64,000 nucleotides of DNA from positions 416,001-480,000 of the forward strand of contig OZ252149.1 in assembly GCA_965248755.1 (NCBI GenBank). The letters are read 5' to 3'. The translations under genes and the position numbers were made by a program. Under the pieces are notes generated by a model. That model was not told the origin of the DNA and did not search any database. It was given only the letters and a program-made list of their open reading frames with translations. Each line of letters begins with the position of its first letter. The stretch's first letter is position 1. This document shows, piece after piece, positions 29,660 to 40,117 of the stretch. This DNA is from Candidatus Latescibacterota bacterium. Its GTDB lineage: Bacteria > Latescibacterota > CBDEFO01.

Positions 29660-30571
29660 CTATGACACTTCTTCAAAATAGGTAATCCGCTTAAATTCCC
29701 TGAATCTCTCTTTTATCTCTTCATCCTTTAAGTCCTTCAGCCTCTCAAAGCTGAACCTCTCCACGTTGAAAGATGCCATCACGCTCCCATAGACCATTGC
29801 CCTCCTTAAATTCATCTCGCTCAAATCTTCAGAACTTGCAAGGTATCCCATTAATCCCCCCGCAAACGAATCCCCCGCTCCTGTCGGATCAAATACCAAC
29901 TCCGTCGGAAACGCGGGAATCGCAAAAAAGGAATCCTTTGAGACCATGATCGCCCCATGCTCCCCCTTCTTTACTATCACTACATCTGGCCCAATATCCA
30001 GAAACCTCCGAGAAGCCTTAAGAAGATCCGGCTCTGCTGCAAGTTCCCTTACCTCCGAGTCGTTCATTATCACAACATCCGCCTTCCCCAGCACCTTCAA
30101 AAGTTGGTCTTTTTTTCCCTCTATCCAGAAGTTCATAGTATCGCACGCCACGAGCTTGGGCCGGCTTACCTGCTTTAGAACGTCCAGTTGAAGCTCAGGG
30201 TCTATATTCGCCAGAAAAACATACTCAGAGTCTCTGTAGCTTTCGAGGATCTTCGGCCGAAAAGATGCAAATACATTAAGATGCGTCTCTATAGTCTCCC
30301 TTTCATTCAGATCATATCCATACCGACCCGACCATCTGAACGTATCCCCATCTGAAACGTGAAGCCCGTCTAAATTCACATTCCTGTTCCTTAGAAAATC
30401 CACGCTCTCCACGGAAAAATCGTTCCCTACGACACCGACCACCTTAACACTGCAAAAATAGCTGGCAGCGGCCGAAAAATAGAGAGCAGATCCCCCAGGA
30501 GCATCTTTCACCCTACCGAACGGTGTTTCCACCGTATCCAAAGCTACCGATCCGACTACTAAAAGACTCAT
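29660..30571 (-). CDS. PfkB-family carbohydrate/nucleoside kinase
   Basis: VVGSVALDTVETPFG, DTMNFWI, KKGEHGA, DPTGAGDSFAGG. Confidence 0.9.
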   Translation of the reverse strand: MSLLVVGSVALDTVETPFGRVKDAPGGSALYFSAAASYFCSVKVVGVVGNDFSVESVDFLRNRNVNLDGLHVSDGDTFRWSGRYGYDLNERETIETHLNVFASFRPKILESYRDSEYVFLANIDPELQLDVLKQVSRPKLVACDTMNFWIEGKKDQLLKVLGKADVVIMNDSEVRELAAEPDLLKASRRFLDIGPDVVIVKKGEHGAIMVSKDSFFAIPAFPTELVFDPTGAGDSFAGGLMGYLASSEDLSEMNLRRAMVYGSVMASFNVERFSFERLKDLKDEEIKERFREFKRITYFEEVS

Positions 30572-30617
30572 AAAGAACCCTACTATGGTGCCGAAAAAAG
30601 AAGAGGCCGTTACCGAT

Positions 30618-31007
30618 TCAACAAAATGCCGTCTTTTCACTATCCATCACCTTCTCGCCATCATCTATCCGCTCTATCTGTGCGTCGCCCCACAGCCTTT
30701 CCAAAGCGTAAAACTGTCGCGCTTGTCGACCGAATATGTGAACCACCACGTTCACAAAATCTATCAAAACCCACCTTAGATTGGAGTAGCCCTCGACGTA
30801 CCACGGCCTTTCGCCCGCCTTCTTTATCCCCTCTATAAGGCTGTCCGTCAGTGTCCTTATGTGAACGTCCGAATTCCCAGTACATATCACAAAATAATCT
30901 GTAGTATCTGTCACATCCCTTAGATCCATAATCACTATATCTTCAGCGCCCTTAGACCTTGCTAATTCCACCAGAACGTCCAAAACATCCAGCGTATTGA
31001 GTCCCAA
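30618..31007 (-). CDS. rsfS: Ribosome silencing factor RsfS
   Basis: KGAEDI, DYFVICTG.S, WVLIDF..VVVHIF...R.FY.LERLW. Confidence 0.93.
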   Translation of the reverse strand: MGLNTLDVLDVLVELARSKGAEDIVIMDLRDVTDTTDYFVICTGNSDVHIRTLTDSLIEGIKKAGERPWYVEGYSNLRWVLIDFVNVVVHIFGRQARQFYALERLWGDAQIERIDDGEKVMDSEKTAFC

Positions 31008-31039
31008 AAAATCACCTCCATAATATAATGGATGTCCCG

Positions 31040-31510
31040 TTAATCAGACAGATCTATCAAAAGTTTTCTGTAATCCTTGCCCACCACAACAGACACCTCC
31101 ACCACTTTGTAGCGATCCGGGTCTATCTGCTGAATCCAATTTTTTGTCCCTAACGCCCTTGCGGCCCTTTCAGCGCTTTTTATCGATCCCGTTCTATCTA
31201 CCACAATAGTCTCGGGGAAATCGAAGCTTCGAGCGTTAGCCACACTTACGACATCGAACCCCTCAAGTCTTAAGAAATCACCAATCTTCCTCCCTATTCC
31301 ATTCGTGCCGCATCCGTTCAGAACCTCCAAGCGGATGACCTGAGAGCCACTATGCTCCCACGCAAGCGTCCCATCTTTTCCCCTTTGCGATATTCCGATA
31401 GATAAGACACATATCACCGCAAGAAGGACTAGAACCGACCGTACAAGGAGTCTTGAGACTTTTTCCCCTTTCCTTTCTATGCCCTTGAGACATACTGAAA
31501 GAACCTTCAT
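31040..31510 (-). CDS. LytR C-terminal domain-containing membrane protein
   Basis: IRLEVLNGCG..G, GFDVV...NA, VVVGKD. Confidence 0.85.
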   Translation of the reverse strand: MKVLSVCLKGIERKGEKVSRLLVRSVLVLLAVICVLSIGISQRGKDGTLAWEHSGSQVIRLEVLNGCGTNGIGRKIGDFLRLEGFDVVSVANARSFDFPETIVVDRTGSIKSAERAARALGTKNWIQQIDPDRYKVVEVSVVVGKDYRKLLIDLSD

Positions 31511-31518
31511 CCCACCGA

Positions 31519-31557
31519 CAAGAAAAGGGACAAGCGCAAAAAATGCGTAAGTCCCTT
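31519..31557 (-). terminator. Putative intrinsic terminator
   Basis: Minus strand AAGGGACTTACGCA-TTTTT-TGCGCTTGTCCCTT hairpin followed by TTCTT. Confidence 0.5.
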
Positions 31558-31621
31558 GTAGAAAAACTCCTAACTTACCAAATCCAACTTAAAGTCCCAG
31601 TCAATCTTCGCTCCGCTCCTT

Positions 31622-32116
31622 TCAGCGATCCAAAAGATCGTCCCTGTAATATCTCCCCGGAAGATTGCTGTACTCCATCCTGATACTAAAATAGCTCGTC
31701 GGTCTGTATTCAAACCCCATCCTTGGAATCACTATCTTTCCCTCATTTGATCCCGATAGCCGATTGAAGAGCGATCCTGAACCGTAGAGAAAGCCAACGT
31801 CCATTTTGAATGAAAGAGAATTAGATGCTTTGTACTCCATCTTATTCAGATATATCCCCTCCATCCCGGTGGATCCGCTACCCGAATAAAAACCCATGCT
31901 GTAGCTTTGCGACCTAGACAGCCTCTCCGGGTCCAGCAACCCCTTTAGTCCACCCAGGGTCTTCCCCACCCTGTCAAGATTGATCCCAGGAGTACTTTCC
32001 TTTGGCACGTTCAAAGCCTCAGGCTTTACCCCTAATTCCCCGTACGACAACCCCGGCAAAGATAGAATCGCTATCAGACATATCAAAAGTCTTCTCACTT
32101 TCAAAACTCCTTCCAA
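31622..32116 (-). CDS. Exported hypothetical protein
   Basis: Signal peptide, beta-rich C-terminal half; candidate promoter TTGACC-17-TATATT at 32240-32212. Confidence 0.65.
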   Translation of the reverse strand: MEGVLKVRRLLICLIAILSLPGLSYGELGVKPEALNVPKESTPGINLDRVGKTLGGLKGLLDPERLSRSQSYSMGFYSGSGSTGMEGIYLNKMEYKASNSLSFKMDVGFLYGSGSLFNRLSGSNEGKIVIPRMGFEYRPTSYFSIRMEYSNLPGRYYRDDLLDR

Positions 32117-32522
32117 AGATGTCCCCCCGTTTGTCTATCAGCTCTAGGACTTTAGAAGCAATAGACTTTGAAAAGTTTCCTGATTCTTGGAAATTCTCAA
32201 TTGCGAGTTCAAATATAGAAAATTAAACAGCAAAGGTCAAGTAGTTTTTGCAACTTATGAAATACTGATGTCGAAGATTTCTACCATCTGACAAGAACAA
32301 TTCTGGATTTTCTGAAATAGCCTCCCGAAGTATGGGTTGTCCAGCAATTCAAGTTATGAAAGTTCTTCTTTAAAGTCAAGTGAAATCGGCTCCATATCAA
32401 GACTAATTCTGTCAGCAGTTCCCCTTTTAGGGATCTGACATACTCTGAAAAGATGCTTGATAAGATCCATTTACCCTGTTATATTACTACAGCGAGCGGC
32501 CTTCCATTTGGACGAATTGTGC

Positions 32523-32551
32523 TTGACTAAGCCTCGTTTTGGCCGTATGTT
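32523..32551 (+). promoter_or_regulatory. Putative sigma70 promoter of the molybdoenzyme operon
   Basis: TTGACT-17 bp-TATGTT. Confidence 0.45.
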
Positions 32552-32655
32552 TAGGTTGTACCGACTCTGTCCCTCTATTTTCTAACTTTCATAAATTCCT
32601 TAAGAAAATAGATATATCCTTGCAACAGCAATTCAACGGAGAAATCAAAAGTAGT

Positions 32656-33618
32656 ATGGTGTTCAAATCTATAGAAGAGGTTCAACAATCTTTTTCGGAA
32701 GCGGGTTATATCAGCGATAGATCACTTGCCACCACAGTGTATCTCGCGGACTCTCTAAAAAAGCCTATTTTCCTTGAGGGAGAAGCGGGCGTCGGAAAGA
32801 CCGAAGTTGCCAAGGTAATGTCCAAGGTCCTCAACACCAAGCTTATACGCCTCCAGTGTTACGAGGGACTCGACGTCAACACCTCTCTCTACGAGTGGAA
32901 CTACCCCAAGCAGATGCTCGCCATGAGGCTCGATGAACCCAAAGACTCACGTAGAGAACAAACGGAAAAGGTGATCTTCAGCCAGGAGTTCCTCCTCAAA
33001 CGCCCCCTTTTGGAGGCCATACAAAACGACGGGAAGCCCCCTGTCCTACTAATAGACGAAATAGACCGAACTGACGACGAATTTGAAGCCTTCTTATTAG
33101 AAATCCTTTCAGACTTCCAGATTACAATCCCCGAAATAGGGACCATAAAAGCCCCAACGGTACCGTATGTTGTCCTCACGTCAAACCGCACACGAGAAAT
33201 TCACGATGCCCTTAAGCGCAGATGCCTTTATCTTTGGATAGACTATCCGACCTTCGAAAAGGAACTCCAAATCGTCAAGACCAAAGTTCCAGGCATAGAA
33301 GAGAAACTTAATAAGCAGATATGTTCCTTCATGCAGTTGATGAGGACAAGAGACTTCTACAAGCGTCCGGGCATAGCTGAGACTATAGACTGGGGTCTTG
33401 CCCTCATCTCACTCGGGATCAACGATCTGGACTCTGAGACGACAGACGCCACTTTAGGTTGCATATTCAAATACCAGGACGACCTCCAGAAGATACGACA
33501 GGAAGGACTTCCCACGATCATAGACAGAGTCAAAATCACCGTCGGAAAGGAGAACATCCTTGGCCACGCTCCCATATTCTCCCAAGGACCCGCAAACCGC
33601 ACAACCAGATCCGATTGA
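32656..33618 (+). CDS. MoxR-family AAA+ ATPase (CoxD-like)
   Basis: LEGEAGVGKTE, RLQCYEGLD, LYEWNY, LLIDEIDR, LTSNRTRE.HDALKRRC. Confidence 0.92.
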   Translation: MVFKSIEEVQQSFSEAGYISDRSLATTVYLADSLKKPIFLEGEAGVGKTEVAKVMSKVLNTKLIRLQCYEGLDVNTSLYEWNYPKQMLAMRLDEPKDSRREQTEKVIFSQEFLLKRPLLEAIQNDGKPPVLLIDEIDRTDDEFEAFLLEILSDFQITIPEIGTIKAPTVPYVVLTSNRTREIHDALKRRCLYLWIDYPTFEKELQIVKTKVPGIEEKLNKQICSFMQLMRTRDFYKRPGIAETIDWGLALISLGINDLDSETTDATLGCIFKYQDDLQKIRQEGLPTIIDRVKITVGKENILGHAPIFSQGPANRTTRSD

Positions 33619-33717
33619 TCCAGAAAGTGATCTCCAAAAAGGCGGCCTGGGCGCTGCGTGCATTGCTACCACCCGCTTCCCACCGGTAGTGAGGAGAAAT
33701 TGATAACAAAGCGTGAA

Positions 33718-34887
33718 GTGGTCGAAGAACTTCTTGGAGTAAAACAGGAGCGGAACAGCCTGTTGGGATGGATTCTGTCTTTTGCCAGAACCCTTAGAGA
33801 AGCCGGAATTGAGATCACCTCGGGCCGCATGATAGACCTTTTCAGGAGCTTCGACTGCGTAGATATTAGAGATAGGAGGGACTTCTACCACACAGCTAAA
33901 GCCAATCTGATCTCCAGAGTAGAGGATATAGAGACCTTCGACAGAGTCTTCCAGACCTTCTGGGAACACCTTCCATCCACAGAGCCAGTAGACGATAAAC
34001 AAGTGCAGGAGGAAGATCAGATTATCGACCATACAGGTCGCGAACCCGACTCCATACAGATGGCCGAACGGTCAAACGATCCACAGGAAGGGAGCGACAA
34101 AGAAAACCAAACTGTAGGCTACAGCCCCTACGAGATCCTCGCCAAAAAGGCATTTGACAAGCTTTCCGAAAAGGAGATAGAGGATACAAGGAGAACCATA
34201 GCCAAATTAGCCCCGAATATAGCCACCAAACTTAGTCGCAGAAGAAGGCCCAGTATCAAAGGATGCCAGGTGGACTTTCGCCGTACGTGGCGCAAAAACA
34301 TAAGATATGGTAAGGACACCATCGAAATCATCAAGAAGAGAAGAAAGATAAAAAAGAACAGACTGGCCTTGATATGCGATGTCAGCGGCTCAATGGACTT
34401 CTACTCCAGATTCGTCCTTCAGTTTATGTACGGCATCCAGAAGGAGATCCCCGACGCTCAAGTAGCAGTCTTCAGCACCAGACTAACAGACATCACTGAC
34501 CTGCTAAGCACGGAGGGAGTTGAGACATCTCTAAGAAAAATATTTGAAAAGACACCCGACTGGTCGGGCGGCACGAACATCGGCAAATGCCTCTTTGAAT
34601 TCAATTCCAAATTCGGTAGAGACTTGATCAACTCCAAAACCGTCGTCATAATAGTTAGTGACGGCTGGGACAGGGGAAAAACGGACCTTCTGAAAAGAGA
34701 AATGGAGCTTTTAAAGAGGAGAGCCTACAGGATAATCTGGCTCAATCCACTCTTGGGTAATCCCGATTATCAGCCCCTCTGCTCCGGAATGAAGACATCC
34801 TTGAGCTATATAGATTATTTCCTCCCGGTGCACAACTTGGAGAGCCTCTTAAATCTGGGAAGGACCCTCAAAAGGACATGGAGTTGA
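33718..34887 (+). CDS. VWA domain protein (CoxE-like); start uncertain
   Basis: CDVSGSM, FSTRLT, WSGGTNIG, SDGWDRG, WLNP. Confidence 0.9.
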   Translation: MVEELLGVKQERNSLLGWILSFARTLREAGIEITSGRMIDLFRSFDCVDIRDRRDFYHTAKANLISRVEDIETFDRVFQTFWEHLPSTEPVDDKQVQEEDQIIDHTGREPDSIQMAERSNDPQEGSDKENQTVGYSPYEILAKKAFDKLSEKEIEDTRRTIAKLAPNIATKLSRRRRPSIKGCQVDFRRTWRKNIRYGKDTIEIIKKRRKIKKNRLALICDVSGSMDFYSRFVLQFMYGIQKEIPDAQVAVFSTRLTDITDLLSTEGVETSLRKIFEKTPDWSGGTNIGKCLFEFNSKFGRDLINSKTVVIIVSDGWDRGKTDLLKREMELLKRRAYRIIWLNPLLGNPDYQPLCSGMKTSLSYIDYFLPVHNLESLLNLGRTLKRTWS

Positions 34888-34997
34888 TTAAGGGTAGGCC
34901 ACAATGACACAAATTTATTGTCTTTGTGCCTTGGTGGCTGAACAGGAAAAACCGAAATTCTACCTCAACTCCAATTCTTCTCATAATGGAGGAACGC

Positions 34998-35870
34998 ATG
35001 AAGCGATTCCAGTACCTTGAGCCTGAAAGCCTCGATGAAGCCGTATCGCTGCTTCTAAAATACGGCGGCAAAGTTAAAATCCTTGCCGGAGGTACACACC
35101 TGGTACTTTTGATGCGCCAGAGAAAGATCACACCTGTTTATGTAGTGGACATTAAAAAGGTCCCCAACCTAAAATACATAAAATACAACACCAGAAACGG
35201 CATGAGAATCGGAGCTTTAATCACATACAGAGAAATCTCAGAATCTCTACCCGTTCGGGATCACTACAGTGCCCTTGCAGAAGCCGTCAATAAGATCGGT
35301 TCAATACAGACCAGAAATAGAGGCACCATAGGAGGGAACCTCTGCACCGCCTCCCCCACATCGGAACCTGCAACTGCCCTTATAGCCTTTGGGGCCGGCT
35401 TCAAAATAGCTGGACCAAAAGGCGAAAGATGGGTTGCAGCCGACGAATTCTTCAAGGGACCGGGCAAGACCGCCCTTAGAAAATCCGAACTTTTGACAGA
35501 GATACATGTCCCCAATCCCAGAAAGCGCACAGGAGCAGCCTTTGCAAGACAGGGCAGAGGGGCAATAGACACGAGCCTCGTCAACGCCGCAGCAACGGTA
35601 GTATTGGGAAGGATAGAGGCGATTTGCGCCGACGTAAGAATCGCGCTCGGGGCTGTCGCACCCAAACCTATAAGAGCAAAAAGGGCCGAAAGATCCCTGA
35701 AAGACAGGACACTTACCCCCGAAGCAATAGCAAATACAGCCCTGATAGCCTCGAGAGAGGCAAAACCCATAGACGACAGAAGATGCACAGCCGAATATCG
35801 AAGGGAGTTAGTCAAGGTCCTCACAAAAAGAGTCCTCTGCAGAGCACTGGAGGAGGCGAAAACAAAGTAG
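34998..35870 (+). CDS. Xanthine-dehydrogenase-family FAD subunit (CoxM-like)
   Basis: FQYLEPESLDEA, LAGGT, RNRGTIGGNL.ASP, ALGAVAP.P; no [4Fe-4S] insertion. Confidence 0.92.
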   Translation: MKRFQYLEPESLDEAVSLLLKYGGKVKILAGGTHLVLLMRQRKITPVYVVDIKKVPNLKYIKYNTRNGMRIGALITYREISESLPVRDHYSALAEAVNKIGSIQTRNRGTIGGNLCTASPTSEPATALIAFGAGFKIAGPKGERWVAADEFFKGPGKTALRKSELLTEIHVPNPRKRTGAAFARQGRGAIDTSLVNAAATVVLGRIEAICADVRIALGAVAPKPIRAKRAERSLKDRTLTPEAIANTALIASREAKPIDDRRCTAEYRRELVKVLTKRVLCRALEEAKTK

Positions 35871-35917
35871 CCAATAGAAAGGGCACCTCCCCAACTTAAT
35901 AATTTGGACGAATCGAA

Positions 35918-36388
35918 ATGAAATACTTGATCGAGCTTACTGTAAATAAAGAGAAAAGAGAGGGCTTGGCTGAACATCAAATAACGCTTTTGGACTTTCT
36001 TCGTGACGAACTTGATCTAACCGGTGCAAAGGAGGGATGCGGTTCCGGCCAATGCGGGGCCTGCAGTATAATAATGGACGGATTGCTCGTCAATAGCTGT
36101 CTTATCCTGGCTGTGGAAGCCCGAGGAAAGAATATCACGACCATAGAAGGGATCTCCGGTCCGGATAAATTGAGTCCGATTCAGCAGGCCTTTGCCGAAT
36201 ACGGCGGCATCCAGTGCGGATTCTGCATACCCGGAATGGTGCTTACAGCCAAAAACCTCCTCGAAATGTACCCCAAAGCGACAGAAGAGGAGATCAGAAT
36301 GGGGATAGCTGGAAATCTGTGTAGTTGCAGCGGCTACACCAAGATTGTAGAAGCTATAGCTTCCGTAAGCCGAGCCAGAAAATTATAA
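35918..36388 (+). CDS. Xanthine-dehydrogenase-family 2x[2Fe-2S] subunit (CoxS-like)
   Basis: GCGSGQCGAC...SC, QCGFC.PG, GNLCSCSGY. Confidence 0.95.
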   Translation: MKYLIELTVNKEKREGLAEHQITLLDFLRDELDLTGAKEGCGSGQCGACSIIMDGLLVNSCLILAVEARGKNITTIEGISGPDKLSPIQQAFAEYGGIQCGFCIPGMVLTAKNLLEMYPKATEEEIRMGIAGNLCSCSGYTKIVEAIASVSRARKL

Positions 36389-36397
36389 GGATTATAG

Positions 36398-38755
36398 ATG
36401 CCAGACCTATCCGTAGTCGGAAAATCTATACCCAGACTCGAGGGCGCCTCCAAGCTCACAGGACAGTTGAAATACGCATCGGACTTCAAGCTCCCCGGAA
36501 TGCTTTACGGGAAGATATTAACAAGTCCCCATCCGCACGCAAGGATACTGGACATCGATACATCCCGCGCCCAAGCTCTGCCCGGTGTTGTAACCCTTAC
36601 CACATATAAAGACGCGCCCAATGTGCTCTTTGGAGGGATATATAAAGACACCCGCATCTTGGCAAAGGACAAGGTCCGCTACCAGGGGGAAAGCATCGCC
36701 GCTGTCGCCGCTAAAGACCTATCCACAGCCGAGGATGCAATAGAACATATAGAAGTGCAATACGATGTCCTCCCCTCTGTGCAAGACCCCTCGGAAGCCA
36801 TCAAGCCCGACGCTCCCGTAATCCACGAACACTTAAGTAAATACCAGACCGACTTTTGCTTTTCCCCAGAAAGTTCTTCGATACCTTTGGGGAACTCCAA
36901 TCCACCGGGAAAAGGAAAACCTAAAAACGTACTCGGATTCTACGTCCTGGAGCACGGAGATGTCCAAGAAGGCTTGAAAGGATCAGATTACGTTTTCAAA
37001 GATACGTACAGAATCCCCATGTTTTATCACGCCGGAATCGAGCCTCATGCAGTCCTTGTCGATGTGGATGAAAACGGCAAACTCACCGTCTGGACCTCCA
37101 CACAGGGGCACTTCATAGTAAGAGAAGTGCTCTCAAAGGCACTCCAGATGCCCATGACAAAGATCAGAGTCATCCCTGCTGCCGTCGGAGGCGCCTTCGG
37201 AGGAGATCTTACCCCCCTAATAGAGCCGTCCTGCGCCCTTTTAGCCCTCAAATCCAGACGCGCGGTCAAAATGGTCCTGACTCCAAGAGAAAGTTTCCTC
37301 TGCTCCAGACCGAGACATGCCGTCCATGTCGAAATCGAAACCGGCGTAACAAAAGACGGGACTTTTCTTTCCAGAAAGATGAAGATGATCTTCGACACCG
37401 GAGCCTACAGCGGCTGCGGTCCCCTCACCGCCCAGACAGCCTCCCAGAGCGGTGCAGGGCCTTACAGGATCCCCAATCTTAAAATAGAAGCCTACTACGT
37501 CTATACCAACAAGCAAAGCTTCGGAGGATACAGCGCCTCTGCACATCCCCAGATTTGCTTTGCCATCGAAACTCAAATAGAGGAGATAGCCGCAAAACTG
37601 AACCTTAGTCCTGTTGAAATCAGACTCAAGAATTTCTTAAGAAAAGGCAACCGGCTCCCCTTCTCTGCAAAAAGTTCTTTGGATATGCCCCTTGCAGGCG
37701 AAGCCCTTAAAGGCGATGGAATGTACCGGACATTCAGAGCAGCTTTGAAGCGCGCAGGGGGCTTAGAGAGCCGCAAACTCGGAACGGGGACGGCGACTGA
37801 CCCTTGTCGGGGAAGAGGTATCGGATGCGGATACTGGCTTTCTAGGGGACTCGCCTCCTGCGTATACATCAAACTCAACCAAGACGGCACAGTCTGCGTC
37901 AACACAGGCGCCATAGACCTCTCAGGCTCAGATACAGCCCTGGCCCAGATCGCCGCTGAGGAGATGGGCGTCTCTGTGGAAGAGATCACGATTAGCACGC
38001 TGGACACCGATTCTGCACCCCATTCGACATCCAGCGCATGCAGCGCGGTCACAAGAGCTGTGGGCAGGGCCGCGATAAAAGCCGCACGGGACCTTAAGAG
38101 AAAGCTCTTCGACCTTGCTGTCGAGAGACTTGAAGCCAGCAGGAGCGATCTCGAACTCAAAGGAGGTCACGTCTATCTGAAGAGTTCATCGAAGAAAAAG
38201 ATAAGCATAGCTGAACTTATAAAGTTAAGCCTTTCAAACCCGAAGATAGGTCCTGTAATCGGCATCGGATCGGTCGGAGATCTCCCCGAGGAGCCCTCCT
38301 TCGTAGCAGAGATAGCCGACGTTGAAGTAGATCCCGAAACTGGATTTGTCAAGATCCTGCGCTTCGTTGTAGCCCAGGACGTGGGTTTCGCCTTGAATCC
38401 CCTCTGTGTCGAAGGGCAGATCCAGGGCGGAGCTGTCCAGGGCATAGGACAGGCCATATTGGATGAATACCCCAACCACTTCGCGGCGGAGGCAGGAAGC
38501 AACGCACTAAGTGGCAAGATACCCAGCGCCCTGGATGTGCCTCAGATCGAAGCCATACTCGTAGAGGACAAAACTGGCGATGGACCGTACGGCTCCAAAG
38601 ACGTTGGAGAACAATCCATAATCCCCGCCACACCAGCGGTAGCAAACGCCATATACAACGCGGTCGGAGTCAGAATCAAAGAACTCCCAATTACTCCCGA
38701 AAAGATAGTCAAATCCCTAAAAAGCAGGGGACCCACTCGGCAAAGACGAAAATGA
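36398..38755 (+). CDS. Xanthine-dehydrogenase-family molybdopterin-binding subunit, substrate unknown
   Basis: SPHPHARI, IEPH, GGAFGG, VEVDPETG, QIQGGA.QGIG, KDVGE, ANAIYNAVG. Confidence 0.9.
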   Translation: MPDLSVVGKSIPRLEGASKLTGQLKYASDFKLPGMLYGKILTSPHPHARILDIDTSRAQALPGVVTLTTYKDAPNVLFGGIYKDTRILAKDKVRYQGESIAAVAAKDLSTAEDAIEHIEVQYDVLPSVQDPSEAIKPDAPVIHEHLSKYQTDFCFSPESSSIPLGNSNPPGKGKPKNVLGFYVLEHGDVQEGLKGSDYVFKDTYRIPMFYHAGIEPHAVLVDVDENGKLTVWTSTQGHFIVREVLSKALQMPMTKIRVIPAAVGGAFGGDLTPLIEPSCALLALKSRRAVKMVLTPRESFLCSRPRHAVHVEIETGVTKDGTFLSRKMKMIFDTGAYSGCGPLTAQTASQSGAGPYRIPNLKIEAYYVYTNKQSFGGYSASAHPQICFAIETQIEEIAAKLNLSPVEIRLKNFLRKGNRLPFSAKSSLDMPLAGEALKGDGMYRTFRAALKRAGGLESRKLGTGTATDPCRGRGIGCGYWLSRGLASCVYIKLNQDGTVCVNTGAIDLSGSDTALAQIAAEEMGVSVEEITISTLDTDSAPHSTSSACSAVTRAVGRAAIKAARDLKRKLFDLAVERLEASRSDLELKGGHVYLKSSSKKKISIAELIKLSLSNPKIGPVIGIGSVGDLPEEPSFVAEIADVEVDPETGFVKILRFVVAQDVGFALNPLCVEGQIQGGAVQGIGQAILDEYPNHFAAEAGSNALSGKIPSALDVPQIEAILVEDKTGDGPYGSKDVGEQSIIPATPAVANAIYNAVGVRIKELPITPEKIVKSLKSRGPTRQRRK

Positions 38756-38806
38756 ATCAGGGTGCAGACATGTATTCGCCCAGTTTACCGGAGGTGAATA
38801 ATTAAG

Positions 38807-39931
38807 ATGGAAGAAGTATTTGTAGAACTCATAAATCTAATAGAAAGAGGCGAAAAGGGTGCCCTTTCCACCATAGTCTCCAGCTTCGGCTCTTTGCCTA
38901 TGAGCAAAAAGGCCAAAATGCTTGCCAAAAGCGACGGCAAGATCGTAGGAACAGTCGGAGGAGGCTGCATGGAAGCTGAGGTCTGGACGGAAGCCCAGAC
39001 TGTCATGGCAGAGGGAACACCGAGACTCCAAAGCTTTATCCTGACAGAAAAGCACGCCGGAGAAGAAGGGCTAAATTGCGGCGGCAGTGTAGAGATCTTT
39101 ACAGAGCCCATATCCTCCGAAGGTTCTAACGAGATTTTCAGAGAGATAGTAAAGCTTAAATCAGAAAGAGGGTACGCCGCGCTTGCCACGCTGGTCTCCG
39201 AAGATCCCAAAGAACTCAGAAAGATGCTCGTAAAAAGGGATGGAGATACAATAGGGACACTCGGGTCAGAAGAACTCGACCGCCGAATCAGAGAGGAAGC
39301 CCAGCGCGTCGTAGACGAAGATACACTCAAAGTCCTCGATATAGACATACACCAGCCCGACAGTGATGTAACCTTCAGAATATTCCTCGAAGCCATCCTC
39401 CCTGATCCCACTCTCTATATATTCGGAGGAGGTCACGTTTCAAAAGCCATAGGAAGAATTGCCAAGACAGCAGGGTTCAGGCTCGTCATAATAGACGACA
39501 GGCCCTTCTTTGCCAACTTCGAGAGATTCCCCGATGCCGACGAAGTCATAGTAGATGAGTTCGACGGCGTCGTGAAAAAGCTCCCCATAGACGACTCATC
39601 CTATCTTGTGGCCGTCACAAGGGGCCACCAATGGGATGAAAAGGTCATCGAGCAGGCAGTCTGGACCGAAGCCAGATACATAGGCATGATAGGCAGCACA
39701 AGGAAAATAGCCCTTATGTGGAAAAAGCTCGAAAAAAGAGGCATTCCAAGAGAGCTACTTGACGCCGTCCACGGCCCCATCGGCATAGACATAAATGCCG
39801 ATAACCCAGAAGAGATAGCGGTCAGCATAGTTGCAGAACTCATAAAGTCCCGTCGCCAAAGAGGAAAACCAAAGCACATCAGAGCGACGAAGAGGAAATC
39901 ATCCGCAAAATCCGTCCCGATTGAGACCTAA
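38807..39931 (+). CDS. xdhC: XdhC/CoxI-family Moco maturation factor
   Basis: GTVGGGCME, CGG, IFGGGHV, DDR, VTRGH..D, YIGMIGS, PIGIDI...PEEIAVSI.AE. Confidence 0.92.
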   Translation: MEEVFVELINLIERGEKGALSTIVSSFGSLPMSKKAKMLAKSDGKIVGTVGGGCMEAEVWTEAQTVMAEGTPRLQSFILTEKHAGEEGLNCGGSVEIFTEPISSEGSNEIFREIVKLKSERGYAALATLVSEDPKELRKMLVKRDGDTIGTLGSEELDRRIREEAQRVVDEDTLKVLDIDIHQPDSDVTFRIFLEAILPDPTLYIFGGGHVSKAIGRIAKTAGFRLVIIDDRPFFANFERFPDADEVIVDEFDGVVKKLPIDDSSYLVAVTRGHQWDEKVIEQAVWTEARYIGMIGSTRKIALMWKKLEKRGIPRELLDAVHGPIGIDINADNPEEIAVSIVAELIKSRRQRGKPKHIRATKRKSSAKSVPIET

Positions 39932-40117
39932 GGAAACACTGCGATTTACAGCAATCTATCAACAAAAGATAAATCCCCGATAGCATCAATCTGGGACTGG
40001 AAACTGAGAGGCTGGATGTTCTGGAGTTTACCCAGAGTAGTGTATACCCGAACTTCGGATATCACACGGAAATTGCTAACGAAGATTCAATAGCCTTTTG
40101 AATAAAGGCCTACAACA

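Noticed and set aside
36398..38755. Aerobic CO dehydrogenase or 4-hydroxybenzoyl-CoA reductase call
   Set aside because: No AYxCSFR or AYRGAGR motif, and the FAD subunit lacks the HcrB [4Fe-4S] insertion.
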